A stretch of DNA of 57,021 nucleotides from Emiliania huxleyi CCMP1516. Lineage: Eukaryota. Under the pieces are notes generated by a model that worked only from the letters and a program-made list of their open reading frames with translations, was not told where the DNA came from and ran no database searches. Both the position numbers and the translations under genes were made by a program. Positions 1 to 13,664 of this stretch are shown here, piece by piece. Each line of letters opens with the position of its first letter. Position 1 is the stretch's first letter. The DNA is taken from NCBI RefSeq assembly GCF_000372725.1, contig NW_005201791.1, positions 362,553 to 419,573 of the forward strand, read 5' to 3'.

Positions 1-1
1 C

Positions 2-517
2 ATCTGCGACTCGCTGCTGTTGCCGCAGCAGCCGCTTTGGAGTGCGGCCGCGCGCCTGATCGGCGGCAGCGTGCTATTTGTGGTGGCGTGCGTCATTCAG
101 CCGTCGCTCGCGGCGTGGGCGCGCCATCACGATAGGACACGGTGCTTGTGGCTCGTCGACGCGCTGTACACTTACCTCTCGTTCTGGGTCAGCATGCTTA
201 CGTGGAACGGCGTGTGGTACATCTACGACCAGGTGGTCGGCATCGGCCTTGCTCCCGCGCCGCCCGACTGGGCGCACGCGCGGCAGGGCGCGATTAGCCA
301 CGCGCTCGGGCTGCTGCTGCTCGGGTCGCTCGGCGCGCTGCGCAACAGCGTCGCCGCACCGATGGTCATCTCCTCGGACGCCGTCGCGCCGATCTTTGGC
401 GCAGGTGTCACGGCGGGCGTGGGCACTTGGCTCAACCCGTTTGAGAGGCTGAAGCGCCCGCCCGCGGTGCAGTCGCGCGGGGACTGGCACCGGGCGGTGG
501 GCGTGCCAGTGCTGTGA
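2..517 (+). CDS. Fuseless-like multi-pass membrane protein, 3' part (5' end outside window)
   Basis: Open frame from the window edge to TGA at 515-517. It has hydrophobic helices and the pattern 'TWNGVWYIYD...SHALGLLLL..LGALRNSVAAPMVISSD', which resembles the Fuseless family repeat. Confidence 0.6.
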   Translation: MCDSLLLPQQPLWSAAARLIGGSVLFVVACVIQPSLAAWARHHDRTRCLWLVDALYTYLSFWVSMLTWNGVWYIYDQVVGIGLAPAPPDWAHARQGAISHALGLLLLGSLGALRNSVAAPMVISSDAVAPIFGAGVTAGVGTWLNPFERLKRPPAVQSRGDWHRAVGVPVL

Positions 518-1977
518 GCACAGTATGGAGTACTCTGTGGCCTCTTCACGCAGCCACGTCTTTTTGCGTTTTGGATACACAGAACATGTGCAAAGGCGAT
601 AACGCGGGCTTCGAGGACGTCCGTTGGCGTGTTGTGCGCAGTGAAACCACCCCGGGGCCAACCGTCTTCGGTTTCGTCGCTTCCAAGTGCACTATAACCC
701 ACGAAACCCGAAAAGAAAACGTGTACCCCTTCGAGTGTATCTCGAGTGTTGCTATGGAGCGTCCGTTTCAACACGCGCTCGCGCGCTCGCGTCTGCTGGC
801 GCCCAGAGAACATGTTGCACCACATGCTCCCGGCGGAGCCCAACTGCTTGCACTCGACAAGGCAGTCCATCCACTCGCGGCAGCTGAAGTCGAACTTCCA
901 CTCGATGCGGCTCGCGCCGGATTGTGAGCTCGGCGAGCGAGGTCGGAGAGCGACCTCCAGTTGGCCCAAGCCGCACGCCACTGAGGCAGAGCGGCCGTGC
1001 GCGTACGACGCCGTACGCGCACGGCCACTCTGCACCGACCGCAGCGCTGCAATTGCGACCGCAGTGGCTCAGCTCAGCCAGGGCTCGCTCGCCCGAGCTC
1101 GGAGCCGCCGGCGGTCATGGGCAGCAACAAAGGTTTGACGCGTCGCTCGGTGCAGGAGGGCAATGCAGTGGAGGTGCAGTGGCCGTCCGGCGCGCGCGCG
1201 ATGGGCTGCAGCTTCATTGGCAGCTACCAGAGCGCGTCTGGAGCGCTGCCATTGTGTGACCCACGTGCAAGCGGCGGTTCCGGCCTGTTCCGCGCCTCTT
1301 TTTACGCCTTTCATTGGAGAGGGGGGGGCGAGGTCTCATCAACTTCGAAACCGCCTTTGAAAGGGGGCAAATGCGTCCGTCCCTGAGACGGTTGGAAAGG
1401 GGGTGGTTTCACTGCGCTCCCCCAGCTCTCGGTATCGCGTACTGCACGAGGCTACCGTGGGCCCCGCCTGCGCGCTGGGGGTTCCCTGCCCTGTCGGGAA
1501 GCCTAGCTCTGAACCTGGGGTCGCTACCTAATGCGGGGCTCCTGGGGACGGGCGATGAAGTTCGCCTTGAATCTCTCGTCTCGCTTTCCCCCCGACTCGC
1601 GTCCGTCGGGGGTACTCCCTGCTCTGGCTCTCTGATCTCCCCCCCGCCCCCCCCCCCTCCTTCCCTCTCCGGGATGAGAAGCGCGCTGCTGTCCCTAGAG
1701 GGGGGTCGGGTGGTGAGGGAATTGATTAGGCCTCATGTTGTCCGCGGTCGCCCACGGACGATCGCCGGAGTGGGCCGAAGGACAGAGGCTTGCCTGTGTG
1801 GGGGCGCGCGGGCGCCCACTCAGGCTCGGCCTCCGTTGTCTCAGCCTTCAGTTCACCTCTCCTAGCGCCCGGTTTTGCGTGGCGACCTTCATTTCGGGGT
1901 CGAAGGTGCTACACACACTTGCCCCCTGGTGGTCTGGCACTCGGCGTTATACCTACTGGGGTTAGGCTGTTTTTCTT

Positions 1978-2484
1978 TTATTTTCTGAATTTCGGGGTGG
2001 TGTGCCAGAGGTTGGTATTGACGGCGCAGCCCCAGTGGCAGCCCGATGGCGGTGGCGTGGGGGACCGCGCGGGTGGTGGCGGTGCCGTCGAGCAGCTCGA
2101 GCAGCCATCGCACTTTGCTCTCCATCTGCACTTGGAGTCCCACAGCTGCGTGTGAATGGTGCACCAGCTAAGGCACTGCGTTTCTGCGGCATGCGCTGAA
2201 CGCAAATGTGGCAGAACTGGCAGGGGCTCCCAAAGTCCGGAGCCCAGCTCACCAGAGCCAGCCTCCCCAGAGCCAGCCTCACCAGAGCCAGCCTCGCCCG
2301 TGCCAGCCCGAGCTGCAGATGGGAAGGAGAGCAGCAGGAGCAAGGCCACCACGCTGAGACTCCCGCTCAGCCGGGGTCGGACCGCCGCACCGGAGCGCGG
2401 CGCTCGCCGCCCCAGCAGCAGGCAGGCGTCGCACGCTTGGAGGAGCAACATCGCTAGCGTAGCGGCGAGGTCCTGGGCAGGCAT
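1978..2484 (-). pseudogene. Truncated secreted Cys/Trp-rich repeat protein fragment
   Basis: Hydrophobic segment (VVALLLLLSFPSAARA), (GEAGS)n linker, then CLSWCTIHTQLWDSKCRWRAKCDGCSSC and a Pro-rich linker. A second unit (CHWGCAVNTNLWH) breaks off at about 1998. Confidence 0.45.
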
Positions 2485-2831
2485 TAAGGAGTATCACACA
2501 ATCAACGCGGCTCGCGTCGCCGAGGCGAATGACGGATGGATGAACGTGCGTCCCGAGCGCCCACTAGGGCACAAATAAGAAGAAATTGCCGGCCGCTGCA
2601 GTGGCAAGACGAATCTATCCCAACGGACGCAGACGACGGGGAGAGCAGTACCGTGGGCGACGACATGCCTATCAACGGAGGAGGTACAACCATCCCACTC
2701 GACGACATCGGTGATCCTTGCCCGATTGGTTCCGTCGCTCCCCGGCGCACACCGGCCCGGAGCAAGGGTACCCTAGATTGCATTTCGGCGGGGGCGCGCA
2801 TTAAAACAACATTGAGGCTACACACACGATC

Positions 2832-2969
2832 GTAAGGTAAGGTAAGGTAAGGTAAACTTCTCCACACACACGAGGTGGTGGGGCAAGGGGGGGCAACCCT
2901 CGCATCTCCACGTCTAACGACAGGAGCCCCACACGATCCGGTCCTCGAGCGCCTGAGCCCTTACCTTAG
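2832..2969 (-). mobile_element. Family A short element (introner/MITE-like), intergenic copy
   Basis: Homologous to the introns at 33059-33277, 53655-53852 and 56445-56589 (shared GGGGCTCCTGTCG..AGACGTGGAG..TTGCCCCACCACC.TGTGTGTGTGGAGAAG). Its ends are inverted: (GTAAG)n on the left and CCTTACCTTAG on the right. Confidence 0.75.
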
Positions 2970-3183
2970 AATCGCGGGTCTGATGTCAGAATGTCTGTCA
3001 GAACATGTGCCGTGAAGAAGATAGAGTGCGACTACTGACGTACGAACGTACGAACGTACCGGGAAATCAAAACGGTGTCGCAGGAGGGCGCTCCCTGTAC
3101 ACGGCGCGCTGCGCGCTGTCACACACTGCTGTCACTGGTGCCAAGCGGCGAGCGATCGCAAGGCGCGGGGCGCTGCCCCTCAC

Positions 3184-4890
3184 TCATGCCCGCTCGGCCA
3201 CCTCCGCCCGGACCTTCCCGAGCTCCGCGTCGCGCGCCGCCACCGCCCCCTTCAGCTCCGCCACCTGGTCGAGCGCGTCGCCGAGCAGCCCCTTGGCCAC
3301 GCCAAAGTCGCGCAGCTGCTCCACGCCGCCGCTCGCCCGCACCTCGGCGGCGTGGTCGGCCACGAAGCGGCGGCACTGCGCGAGGAGCCGCCCGTCGCCC
3401 GTCGTGTGCGCCGCCTCGAGCAGCGGCACGGCGCTCGCCGGCGCGACGCTTTCCTGCAGTGCCTGCGCGCAGAGCAGCTCGAGGCGCGGCACCTGGTACA
3501 TCTGCGCCAGCTCCCGTAGGTCGAGCGCGCGCTGCGCTCTGCCGCCCACCGCCTCGCCGAGGTCGAACTTGTCGGAGAGGAGGTAGTCGATAAGGGCGGT
3601 GAAGCTGGCGAGGTCGGTGTTGCGCACCGTGACCTCGGCGGCGTCGCGCTCCTTCATGCCGATGCCAAACATCGTCCGAAAGACCGGGGACCGGGCGCAG
3701 AGGACGGCCTTGGTGACGTACTCGATGCGCTCCAGGTCGTCGCCGACCAGGAAGGTGACTTTCCCCTCTGGCAGGGAGGCGTCGCCCCGCGTCGTTGCGA
3801 GGTCGGCTCCAAGGGTCGAAGGCGGAACGACGATCGGGGCAAAGGAGGGAGGCGGAGGAGGCGCAGCCACGCAGACCTCGCGGAGGCCACCGCTCGAACT
3901 GACCAACAGCGTGCTGCCGTCGGAGCTGATGGCGACTTCATCTGGGCCGTCGAGCTGCGCCGCGTCGCCCACGCCGTCTTTCCTACCCCTGGTGCCACTG
4001 CCCGCGACCGTCGTCACCTCTCCCGTCGCCACCTCTACCCGCCGGATCTTGTGGTTCTCATAGTCCGCCACATACAGCGCGCCGCCGTCCGGGCTGATGG
4101 CGATGCCAGCTGGGTAGCGGAACTGCGCCGCGTCCGCGACGCCATCCGCGCCGCCATCCTCGCCGCCTCCAGCGAGCGTGGTCACCGCGCCAGTCGCCAC
4201 CTCCACCCGCCGGATCTTGTTGCCGCAGGAGTCCGCCACAAACAGTGCACTCCCGTCGGAGCTGAGGGCGACTCCGGAGGGGCCGTCAAACTCCGCCGCG
4301 TCGCCCACACCATCCGCGTCGCCCACATCGCCGCCTCCAGCGAGCGTGGTCACAGCGCCCGTCGCCACCTCCAGCCGCCGGATCTTGTGGTTGCTGCAGT
4401 CCGCCACAAACGCCGCGCTCCCGTCCGGGCTGATGGCGATGCCGGCTGGGCCGTCGAACTGCGCCGCGTCGCCCACACCATCCGCGTCGCCCATGTTGCC
4501 GCTGCCCGCGAGCGTCGTCACAGCGCCAGTCGCCACCTCCACCCGCCGGATCTCGTTGGTGTCGTCTGCCACAAACACCGCGCTCCCGTCTGGGCTGGCA
4601 GCAACGGTGTAGAAGACTTCACTTGCCGGCAAGGCTGCTACGCGGCGCACGCGCCCGGCCGCCGAGACGTGCAGCAGCGAGTCCATGGTCGCGACGTACC
4701 AGGCGCCTGCGTGCTCGCTCGCGACGCCAACGAGGCCGTCCTCGCCCTCGAGCGGCAGCGTGGAGACCTGGCCGACGACGCGCGCGCCAAATATGGGCGC
4801 CTCGAAGCCATCCGCGACCGGCACGGGCTCCTCGTCCTCCTCCTCGCCGCCGCCGCCGGTGCGGGCGCGCTTGCGGGCGGCGGACGCCAT
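3184..4890 (-). CDS. NHL-repeat beta-propeller + BTB/POZ domain protein (putative Cullin-3 adaptor)
   Basis: Intronless ORF with repeated 'AQFxxPxGIAISPDGxALFVADxxNHKIRRVEVATGAVTTLAG' NHL units. These are followed by a BTB signature: 'VTFLVG...KAVLCARSPVFRTMF..GMKE...F.ALIDYL...LAQMYQVPRLELLC'. Confidence 0.9.
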   Translation of the reverse strand: MASAARKRARTGGGGEEEDEEPVPVADGFEAPIFGARVVGQVSTLPLEGEDGLVGVASEHAGAWYVATMDSLLHVSAAGRVRRVAALPASEVFYTVAASPDGSAVFVADDTNEIRRVEVATGAVTTLAGSGNMGDADGVGDAAQFDGPAGIAISPDGSAAFVADCSNHKIRRLEVATGAVTTLAGGGDVGDADGVGDAAEFDGPSGVALSSDGSALFVADSCGNKIRRVEVATGAVTTLAGGGEDGGADGVADAAQFRYPAGIAISPDGGALYVADYENHKIRRVEVATGEVTTVAGSGTRGRKDGVGDAAQLDGPDEVAISSDGSTLLVSSSGGLREVCVAAPPPPPSFAPIVVPPSTLGADLATTRGDASLPEGKVTFLVGDDLERIEYVTKAVLCARSPVFRTMFGIGMKERDAAEVTVRNTDLASFTALIDYLLSDKFDLGEAVGGRAQRALDLRELAQMYQVPRLELLCAQALQESVAPASAVPLLEAAHTTGDGRLLAQCRRFVADHAAEVRASGGVEQLRDFGVAKGLLGDALDQVAELKGAVAARDAELGKVRAEVAERA

Positions 4891-6276
4891 ATCAAAGAGA
4901 TATATTTGCCACTTTCCGCACAAACATGGCACCCAACCCCAGCTGAAGCTCTCGACTCGTCGACCGAGCTCTGGACGATGCCGACCTCAAACCACCAGCG
5001 CCAGCAACGACGTGCCGCGGCTCGCCGCGCCGCTGTTGCGACCGACGACGTGCCCGACGCCGTCCCGCGGCCGAAAGGAAGAGGCCCGCGCAACCACTTC
5101 TGGGACCCGCGGCCGCCGGGCGTGCGGCGGCACAACGAGTCGAACGAACCGAACCAGCGCAGAGCGGCGCGTCTCGCGAGCGCCCGCGGCCGCCACGCCG
5201 ACGCCGTCCGCGGCCGACGGTGGTCGCGAATCAACGCGGCGCGGTGCAATGAGGCCAAGTCCTTCCAGGCTCCCGCCAGCAGCGCCTCGTGGCGTGGGCT
5301 GCACGGCCCTTCGAGACGGCCCGGGGGGCGGTGAGAGACCTCTCCCGCCGGCATGGCGCACTATATCACCCGTAGAGGCCTCTCTATAGTCGCCTTTTGG
5401 CACCTCCTCTATCCACGCCGCCGATTAGACCTCGCCGCATGCATCGCATCGCCCCCTTCCCTGCCCCGTCGCCCTCCTGAGCTCTCCCTCCTTCGCTCCA
5501 GCCATGCACAGGACAGCTGGACCATTGGCCCGCGTGCCAGGCGTCCGGGACGGCCGGGTATCGGCTCCGTACTTTGAGCCCTCTTGGGCCACCCTCGCGT
5601 CCACCGGCCGGCAGAGCACCGCTTGGGCGACTCAGACGGCCCGCCCGACCCGCGCGTTCGATCGTGCCGCCCCCACAGCGTCAGTGGCGTGCGTGGGGTG
5701 GCAGGCGGCGTCAGCGCAGCCCCTCGTGGGGGTGCCCACCGCTCTCCTCTCACCGCTCCCCCCCGCCCGTGGCACCCCACACACTCGTCCCTCCTCAGGG
5801 GCGCAAGGCGGCACGGCACGTTCAGCGCTTGCCTCGGCCCACCTCGCCTTCACGCCCGCCACCGCGACCAAGGAGGTGGCCTCGGCGGCCCAGATGAAGC
5901 CCGTGCGGCTCGTTTGGGAGCCGCATGCCGTCCCTCTCTCGCCGGCGCTGCTCACCACGCCCAAGCCTACGCCGAGGAACCCGTCGCGCCCGTCGCTCAC
6001 TCACGAGCTGGTGGCTCGCATCGACCGAGCCGTCCAGCTTTCTCACGCCCTGCCCACGATCAAATTCGAGACGACCAACATCCGACCACAAAAAAGGCCC
6101 GCGCGTGCTGCGCGGGCCGGCGAGCGACTAGCGAGCCAACCTGCTAGTACACACATATTTATGCATGGTATTGCAATAGTGATCTGATGTGTACGTGTGC
6201 GCCCTCGGCACTAAGCATCCAATGCGTGTTTTCTTGACGGCCGACCGTCTACAGTGCTTCACGGGTGGCTTTCGCA

Positions 6277-6330
6277 CTTGAGCACTTGAGCACTGGATAG
6301 GGTCGATTCCGCATGGTACGGGACCCCTCG
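6277..6330 (-). repeat. Family C 54-bp dispersed element
   Basis: Exact reverse complement of 24371-24424; ends in a duplicated GTGCTCAA unit. Confidence 0.85.
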
Positions 6331-6469
6331 CCGAGACCACGCCCGAGGCAAGGTCCGCCCCAAGCCCGCGCTGACAGCACCCCTGGCCCAGCCCAAGGCC
6401 AGGGTCGTAGGTGTGGCCATCGCAAATCATTTCCCAAACGCAGCTCGGGCGGCCTCCAGATCCGACTAT

Positions 6470-6797
6470 AACCCCCATCGGACTTTACCGAGCCGTCGGA
6501 CTTTACCGCGACGCACGCCATACCACCGCACATCGCGGCGATCACGCCCGAGCTGAGGTCCGGGGACACGTACGTCGTCTCCGTCATCCCTCCCTTGCAA
6601 TTCAGACAGGATCCTTTCTGAGAGGACACCCCCGTTGGGTCGCCTGCGCCCCTCTTTGGATGCCCCCACGCCACCGCCTTGCCGTCTTTCGTCACCGCGA
6701 CGCATGCGTTCCCGCCGCACATTGCCGAGACCACGTTCGAGACCTCAGAAGGGATCACGGGGTCGCCATCAACAATATCTGCCGCTGCTCTTGCCAA
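6470..6797 (-). pseudogene. RCC1-like repeat gene fragment
   Basis: Two units: 'VVSAMCGGNACVAVTKDGKAVAWG' and 'VIAAMCGGMACVAVKSDG'. The second is cut off after a short local duplication (VKSDG twice). No ATG start; bounded by repeat elements. Confidence 0.6.
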
Positions 6798-6882
6798 TGG
6801 CCTGCCTCTTCGCGTACCGTCACGACGAGGTGAGCTTCTGGGAGTTTCTGTTTTTGGATTGGCAATAATTGCTCATATACGA

Positions 6883-6932
6883 TAGGTAGGTAGGTAGAAA
6901 GGTGAAGAACAGCCAGGCTCGGACTGGACACC
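6883..6932 (-). mobile_element. Family B element end with (CCTA)n tail
   Basis: GGTGAAGAACAGCCAGGCTCGGACTGGACAC is shared with 11929-12061 and 36121-36253. Confidence 0.8.
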
Positions 6933-6993
6933 ATACGATCTGTTTCGGAAAAAGAAAATCCGCGACAAAGAATTCGGCCCGCGGCTTGCCTCG

Positions 6994-8913
6994 ATGGCGG
7001 CGCGCGGCGAGACGGCTGAGACGGCTGACCACGTAGAGGCGGTCTTCAGAGGTGACGAAGTGGCGGTGCGTGTGTGGCTTGAGGGTGGAGGGCGAGCGAA
7101 CGCCACCCGCGAGCGTCGGGGCGAGGAAGGCGAGGTGACTACTGGCGTAACGCTGCTGATGGACGCCGCCATCGAAGGCCACGAGCGGGTGGTCGAGGTG
7201 CTGCTGCAGCACGGTGCGGAGATCAACCTGCAGGACAGCGATGGCTGGACTGCGCTGGTGTGGGCCGCTTCCGAAGGTCACGATCAGGTGGTCGACCTTC
7301 TGCTGCGGCACGGCGCTGAGATCAACGCGCAGGACAGCAACGGCTGGACCGCGCTGATGGGCGCCGTCTTCGCAGGTCACGGGCGGGTGGTCGAGCTGCT
7401 GCTTCAGCACGGCGCGGAGGCCAACGTGCAGAGCAGCAAAGGCAGGCACCGCACCGCGCTGATGCTCGCCGCCATCAACGGCCACGAGCGGGTGCTTGAC
7501 TTGCTGCTGAGGCACGGCGCTGATGCAGAGGTGCGGGACAACGACGGCGGCACCGCGCTGATGGCCGCCGCCGGCAAAGGCCGCCTCCCCGTCGTGCGCT
7601 GTCTACTGCAGGCGGGCGCAGACACAAAGGCACGCTCTGTGGCCGGCATGACGGCGCTGCAATACGCCAAGGAGGGGGCCAAGCTGGCTACTGCCGACGT
7701 TGCTGGTGGTGCTCCTGCAAAGTACCACGCCGGGTGTGTGCGCGCTCTCACGGAGCACGCAGCGGCACTGAAGGAGGCGGAGGCGGCAGAGAAGGCGGCA
7801 GCGAAGGCGCTCGAGGCCAAGGGGCGGCGCGAGCAGCGCGAGCGGGAGGAGGCGGCGGCGGCGCGAGAGCGCGAGCAGGCTGCGCGCCGGCGCGAAGCAG
7901 AACGAGAGGCGCGCGAGGCGCGCCGGGCGGCGGATGCGGCGGCGCTGGAGGAGCAGAGGCGGGCGATTGCGGCGGAGGCGGAGGCGAAGCTGGTTGCCGA
8001 GCGAGCGGCAGCAGAGGAGACGCTGCGGGCGAGGGAGGCGGAGAGGCGAGCAGCAGAGGAGGCGCAGCTTGCGGAGCAGCGGGTGGCGGCGGCGGCTCGG
8101 AAAGCGGCTCAGGCAGAGGCGGAGCGGCGCGAGAAGGAGGCTGCTGACAAGAGGGCGGAGGAGGAGAAGGCGAAGCGGCGCGCAAAGGCGGCGGAGGCGG
8201 CGGCGGCCAGGAAGGCGGCCAAGGAGAAGAACAATAAGGCCAAGAAGGCGCCGTCTGCCTGCACGCTCGAGGAGGAGCGGAGGGCGCGGGCTGCGGCAGA
8301 GGTTCGCGCACAGGAGGAGAGGGCGGCGCAGCTGGCTGCTGAGCAGGAGGCGGCGAGGCGGGCGGAGCGTGAGGCGGCTGAGCTAGCGGGTGCGGCGGAG
8401 CAGGCGGCGCTGCGCGAGGCTGCGGAGCTGGCAGAGGCGTTGCGCCGGTCAGAGATAGATGCGGAGGAGGAGGCTCTGGCGCGTCGGGTGTCGCGGTGCG
8501 AGGAGGCGGTGAGCAGCGAGTTGACCGGCGGCGGGGACCTGATGCGGCGTGTCGAGCGGCTGGAGGCGAGCCTCGGCGCGGCGATCGAGGGTAGCCTCGA
8601 GGAGCGGGTCGGCGCCATCGAGCGCTTGATCGGGCCAGAGGCGGGAGAGGCGGCGGAGCAGCATCTGCCAGTCACCGAGTCGCTTGCTGCCGTCTCGCTC
8701 GCGGACGCCGGCCTCGACACGGGGCGGCCGGCTGCCCCCGAGTCCACGATGGGGGGCGAGACCACGTGTATCGTGTGTTTCGCGAGAGTCAAGTCGCATG
8801 CTGCGGTCCCGTGCGGGCACCTGTGCGCTTGCGGGCCATGCTCTGAGCTGATGCAAGAGTGCCCGTATTGCCGCGAGCCGGTGATGATGTGGATGGTCCC
8901 GCGTCCGGTCTAG
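6994..8913 (+). CDS. Ankyrin-repeat / coiled-coil / C-terminal RING finger protein (putative E3 ubiquitin ligase)
   Basis: Intronless 639 aa ORF. It has about 5-6 ankyrin repeats (GWTALMxAAxxGHERVVELLL.HGA), a long E/A/R-rich helix, and C-terminal CIVC...HAAVPCGHLCACGPC...CPYCR (IAP/Mib-type RING). Confidence 0.92.
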   Translation: MAARGETAETADHVEAVFRGDEVAVRVWLEGGGRANATRERRGEEGEVTTGVTLLMDAAIEGHERVVEVLLQHGAEINLQDSDGWTALVWAASEGHDQVVDLLLRHGAEINAQDSNGWTALMGAVFAGHGRVVELLLQHGAEANVQSSKGRHRTALMLAAINGHERVLDLLLRHGADAEVRDNDGGTALMAAAGKGRLPVVRCLLQAGADTKARSVAGMTALQYAKEGAKLATADVAGGAPAKYHAGCVRALTEHAAALKEAEAAEKAAAKALEAKGRREQREREEAAAAREREQAARRREAEREAREARRAADAAALEEQRRAIAAEAEAKLVAERAAAEETLRAREAERRAAEEAQLAEQRVAAAARKAAQAEAERREKEAADKRAEEEKAKRRAKAAEAAAARKAAKEKNNKAKKAPSACTLEEERRARAAAEVRAQEERAAQLAAEQEAARRAEREAAELAGAAEQAALREAAELAEALRRSEIDAEEEALARRVSRCEEAVSSELTGGGDLMRRVERLEASLGAAIEGSLEERVGAIERLIGPEAGEAAEQHLPVTESLAAVSLADAGLDTGRPAAPESTMGGETTCIVCFARVKSHAAVPCGHLCACGPCSELMQECPYCREPVMMWMVPRPV

Positions 8914-9660
8914 TTTTGCGGGCCAGATGTGTTGCAAGACCGGCTGCCGCGTGTTATTGAATTTGAATGGGGCAGGCGCGCGCGCGAAATCCCACGAAAG
9001 GGCGAGAGTACCGAGAGACACAGAGACACAGAACACAGTCAGACAGCTCAGACTGGGCTCCGTGGCGACGAAGGTCGCCCGGGACTGGCTCGCCAACGAG
9101 CTCTACGAGCCGTCCCGGCGCGGCAAAATTGATGCGGCCTGCACGCTGCAGGTGGACCGAAAGGTCGCCGACCTGATCACGGCTGCCGGCGCCTCGGCGC
9201 CGGCCGACGCCGTGTTCGGCGGCAGGTTCGCGACGGGCGAGGCGCCCCGCCCGACTACCTCCGCCTCCGAGGCGGACGAGGGCGACGGCGTCGGCGGCGA
9301 TGGCGGGACCGGCACCCACTTTGACCTTTTCGAGCCGGACGGACCCCACCCCCATGGAGGACCTCTGAGGTCCTCCCCAGTCTCCCCCCACCCTACCTCT
9401 GCCCCCCCCTCCCCCCATCCCTCTGCCTCCCATAGGGCAGGATAGCACTAGCATATGCGCCTAGTGCGCACTGGGCCCTCATAGATGTGACCCGCCCACT
9501 CGAGTGCGGCGCCCAGGTGCTAGTGCTTGAGAAGACACCACAAACGCGGCACGGCCCATTTTGGCTGTCTGCGGAGATTCTGTCTTAGCACACACAGTGA
9601 GTCATTCGGAGTCATTCGATGGCCAGAGTGCGATTGTGTGTGTGCGGGAGTTGGTTTGTC

Positions 9661-10512
9661 GGGAGGGAGGGGCAGGCTGCTCACCGAGCTGTAGAGATGT
9701 AGAGCGCTGGAGAGCGCTGTAGAGCTGTAGAGCTCTACATCCGCCGCGGGACGAACTGCCTGCGTTGTAGAGCGATGTAGAGGCGCTCTACAACGTGAAA
9801 TCTCTACAACAAACTCTACATCATAAGCGCGAACGAGGCACGGTCGCTCTCCGACATGAGGCGCGTTGCACTTGCCAGTGCTGCCCTGGCCTTCTGTCTG
9901 CCCGCCCAATGGGTGGGAGGTGCCTCTGCTGCTGTGGCATGCCTCACGGCTGCGACTGGCCGGCGCCTCGGCGCGTCAGCTCGGCTCGGCGTAGCGATCG
10001 TGGCCAGCGCAACTCGCTTGGACTCAACGCTCAGCCAGGAGCTCCCGCACGCGCTGGCGCGAGTCATGGCGCATGCAACGCGCCTGAATGCTCGCCTCGC
10101 CTCGCGCAAATGCGACCGTCCTCGCAGCCGACAGTCCACCGCCTGCTAAAGAAGCACAGCGACGAATGCGGCACCGGCGACGTATGGCAGGCTGGTCATG
10201 ACGCAGTTATAGGGTGTTTTGTGCCGTCAGAGTGACTCTCTGTGTGTCAGGGATAGTCAGGGCCGTCCATCAGAGCTCCAGTAAGCTCGGAGACACCCCA
10301 TTAGCGCGGCTCGACCTCTTTGAGTCACTGCCTTCCCGGCGGTTTGGCTGTAGAGCCTCTACAACAAACTCTGCAGCAAAATCGCGCCCTACATCGCTCT
10401 ACAACGCAGGCAGTTCGTCACGCGGCGGATGTAGAGCTCTACAGCTCTACAGCGCTCTACATCTCTACAGCTCTACAGTGCTCTACACTCTACATCCTCT
10501 ACACCCTCCCTC
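9661..10512. mobile_element. Non-autonomous element with long inverted repeats built of TGTAGAG/CTCTACA units
   Basis: 9688-9785 is a near-perfect reverse complement of about 10384-10475. The outer ends are GGGAGGG and CCCTCCC. Exact termini and target-site duplication were not resolved. Confidence 0.75.
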
Positions 10513-10784
10513 AGTGAGTGGTAGGGCCCCCAAGGGCCTATAGAAATCGCGCCTGCCTCTCCCTTTTTTCTCCCAGTAAGCTAAAAGTACGTACCCGTAC
10601 ACTTCGTCGCTTTCTCACACCGCGTTTGGATGCAAACTTGTGAAATTTTCAGTGAAACGGGATTCACATGAATTTCACATGTGATTGTGCGAAAGTGAAA
10701 GGGTGAAATTTCACTCACGAACCCTGTAGGCCAAGCTAGCGCACACTCGTCTCCGCTCCTGCCCCTCCCACCCGCACGGCCAAC

Positions 10785-13617
<2,833 letters not shown>

Positions 13618-13664
13618 GTATGTACCCGTGTATGTACCCGTGCATCAACAGGGTTCACCCGAGA

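Noticed and set aside
514..1975. Several 100-270 aa ORFs
   Set aside because: No domain signal or consistent coding pattern; left unannotated.
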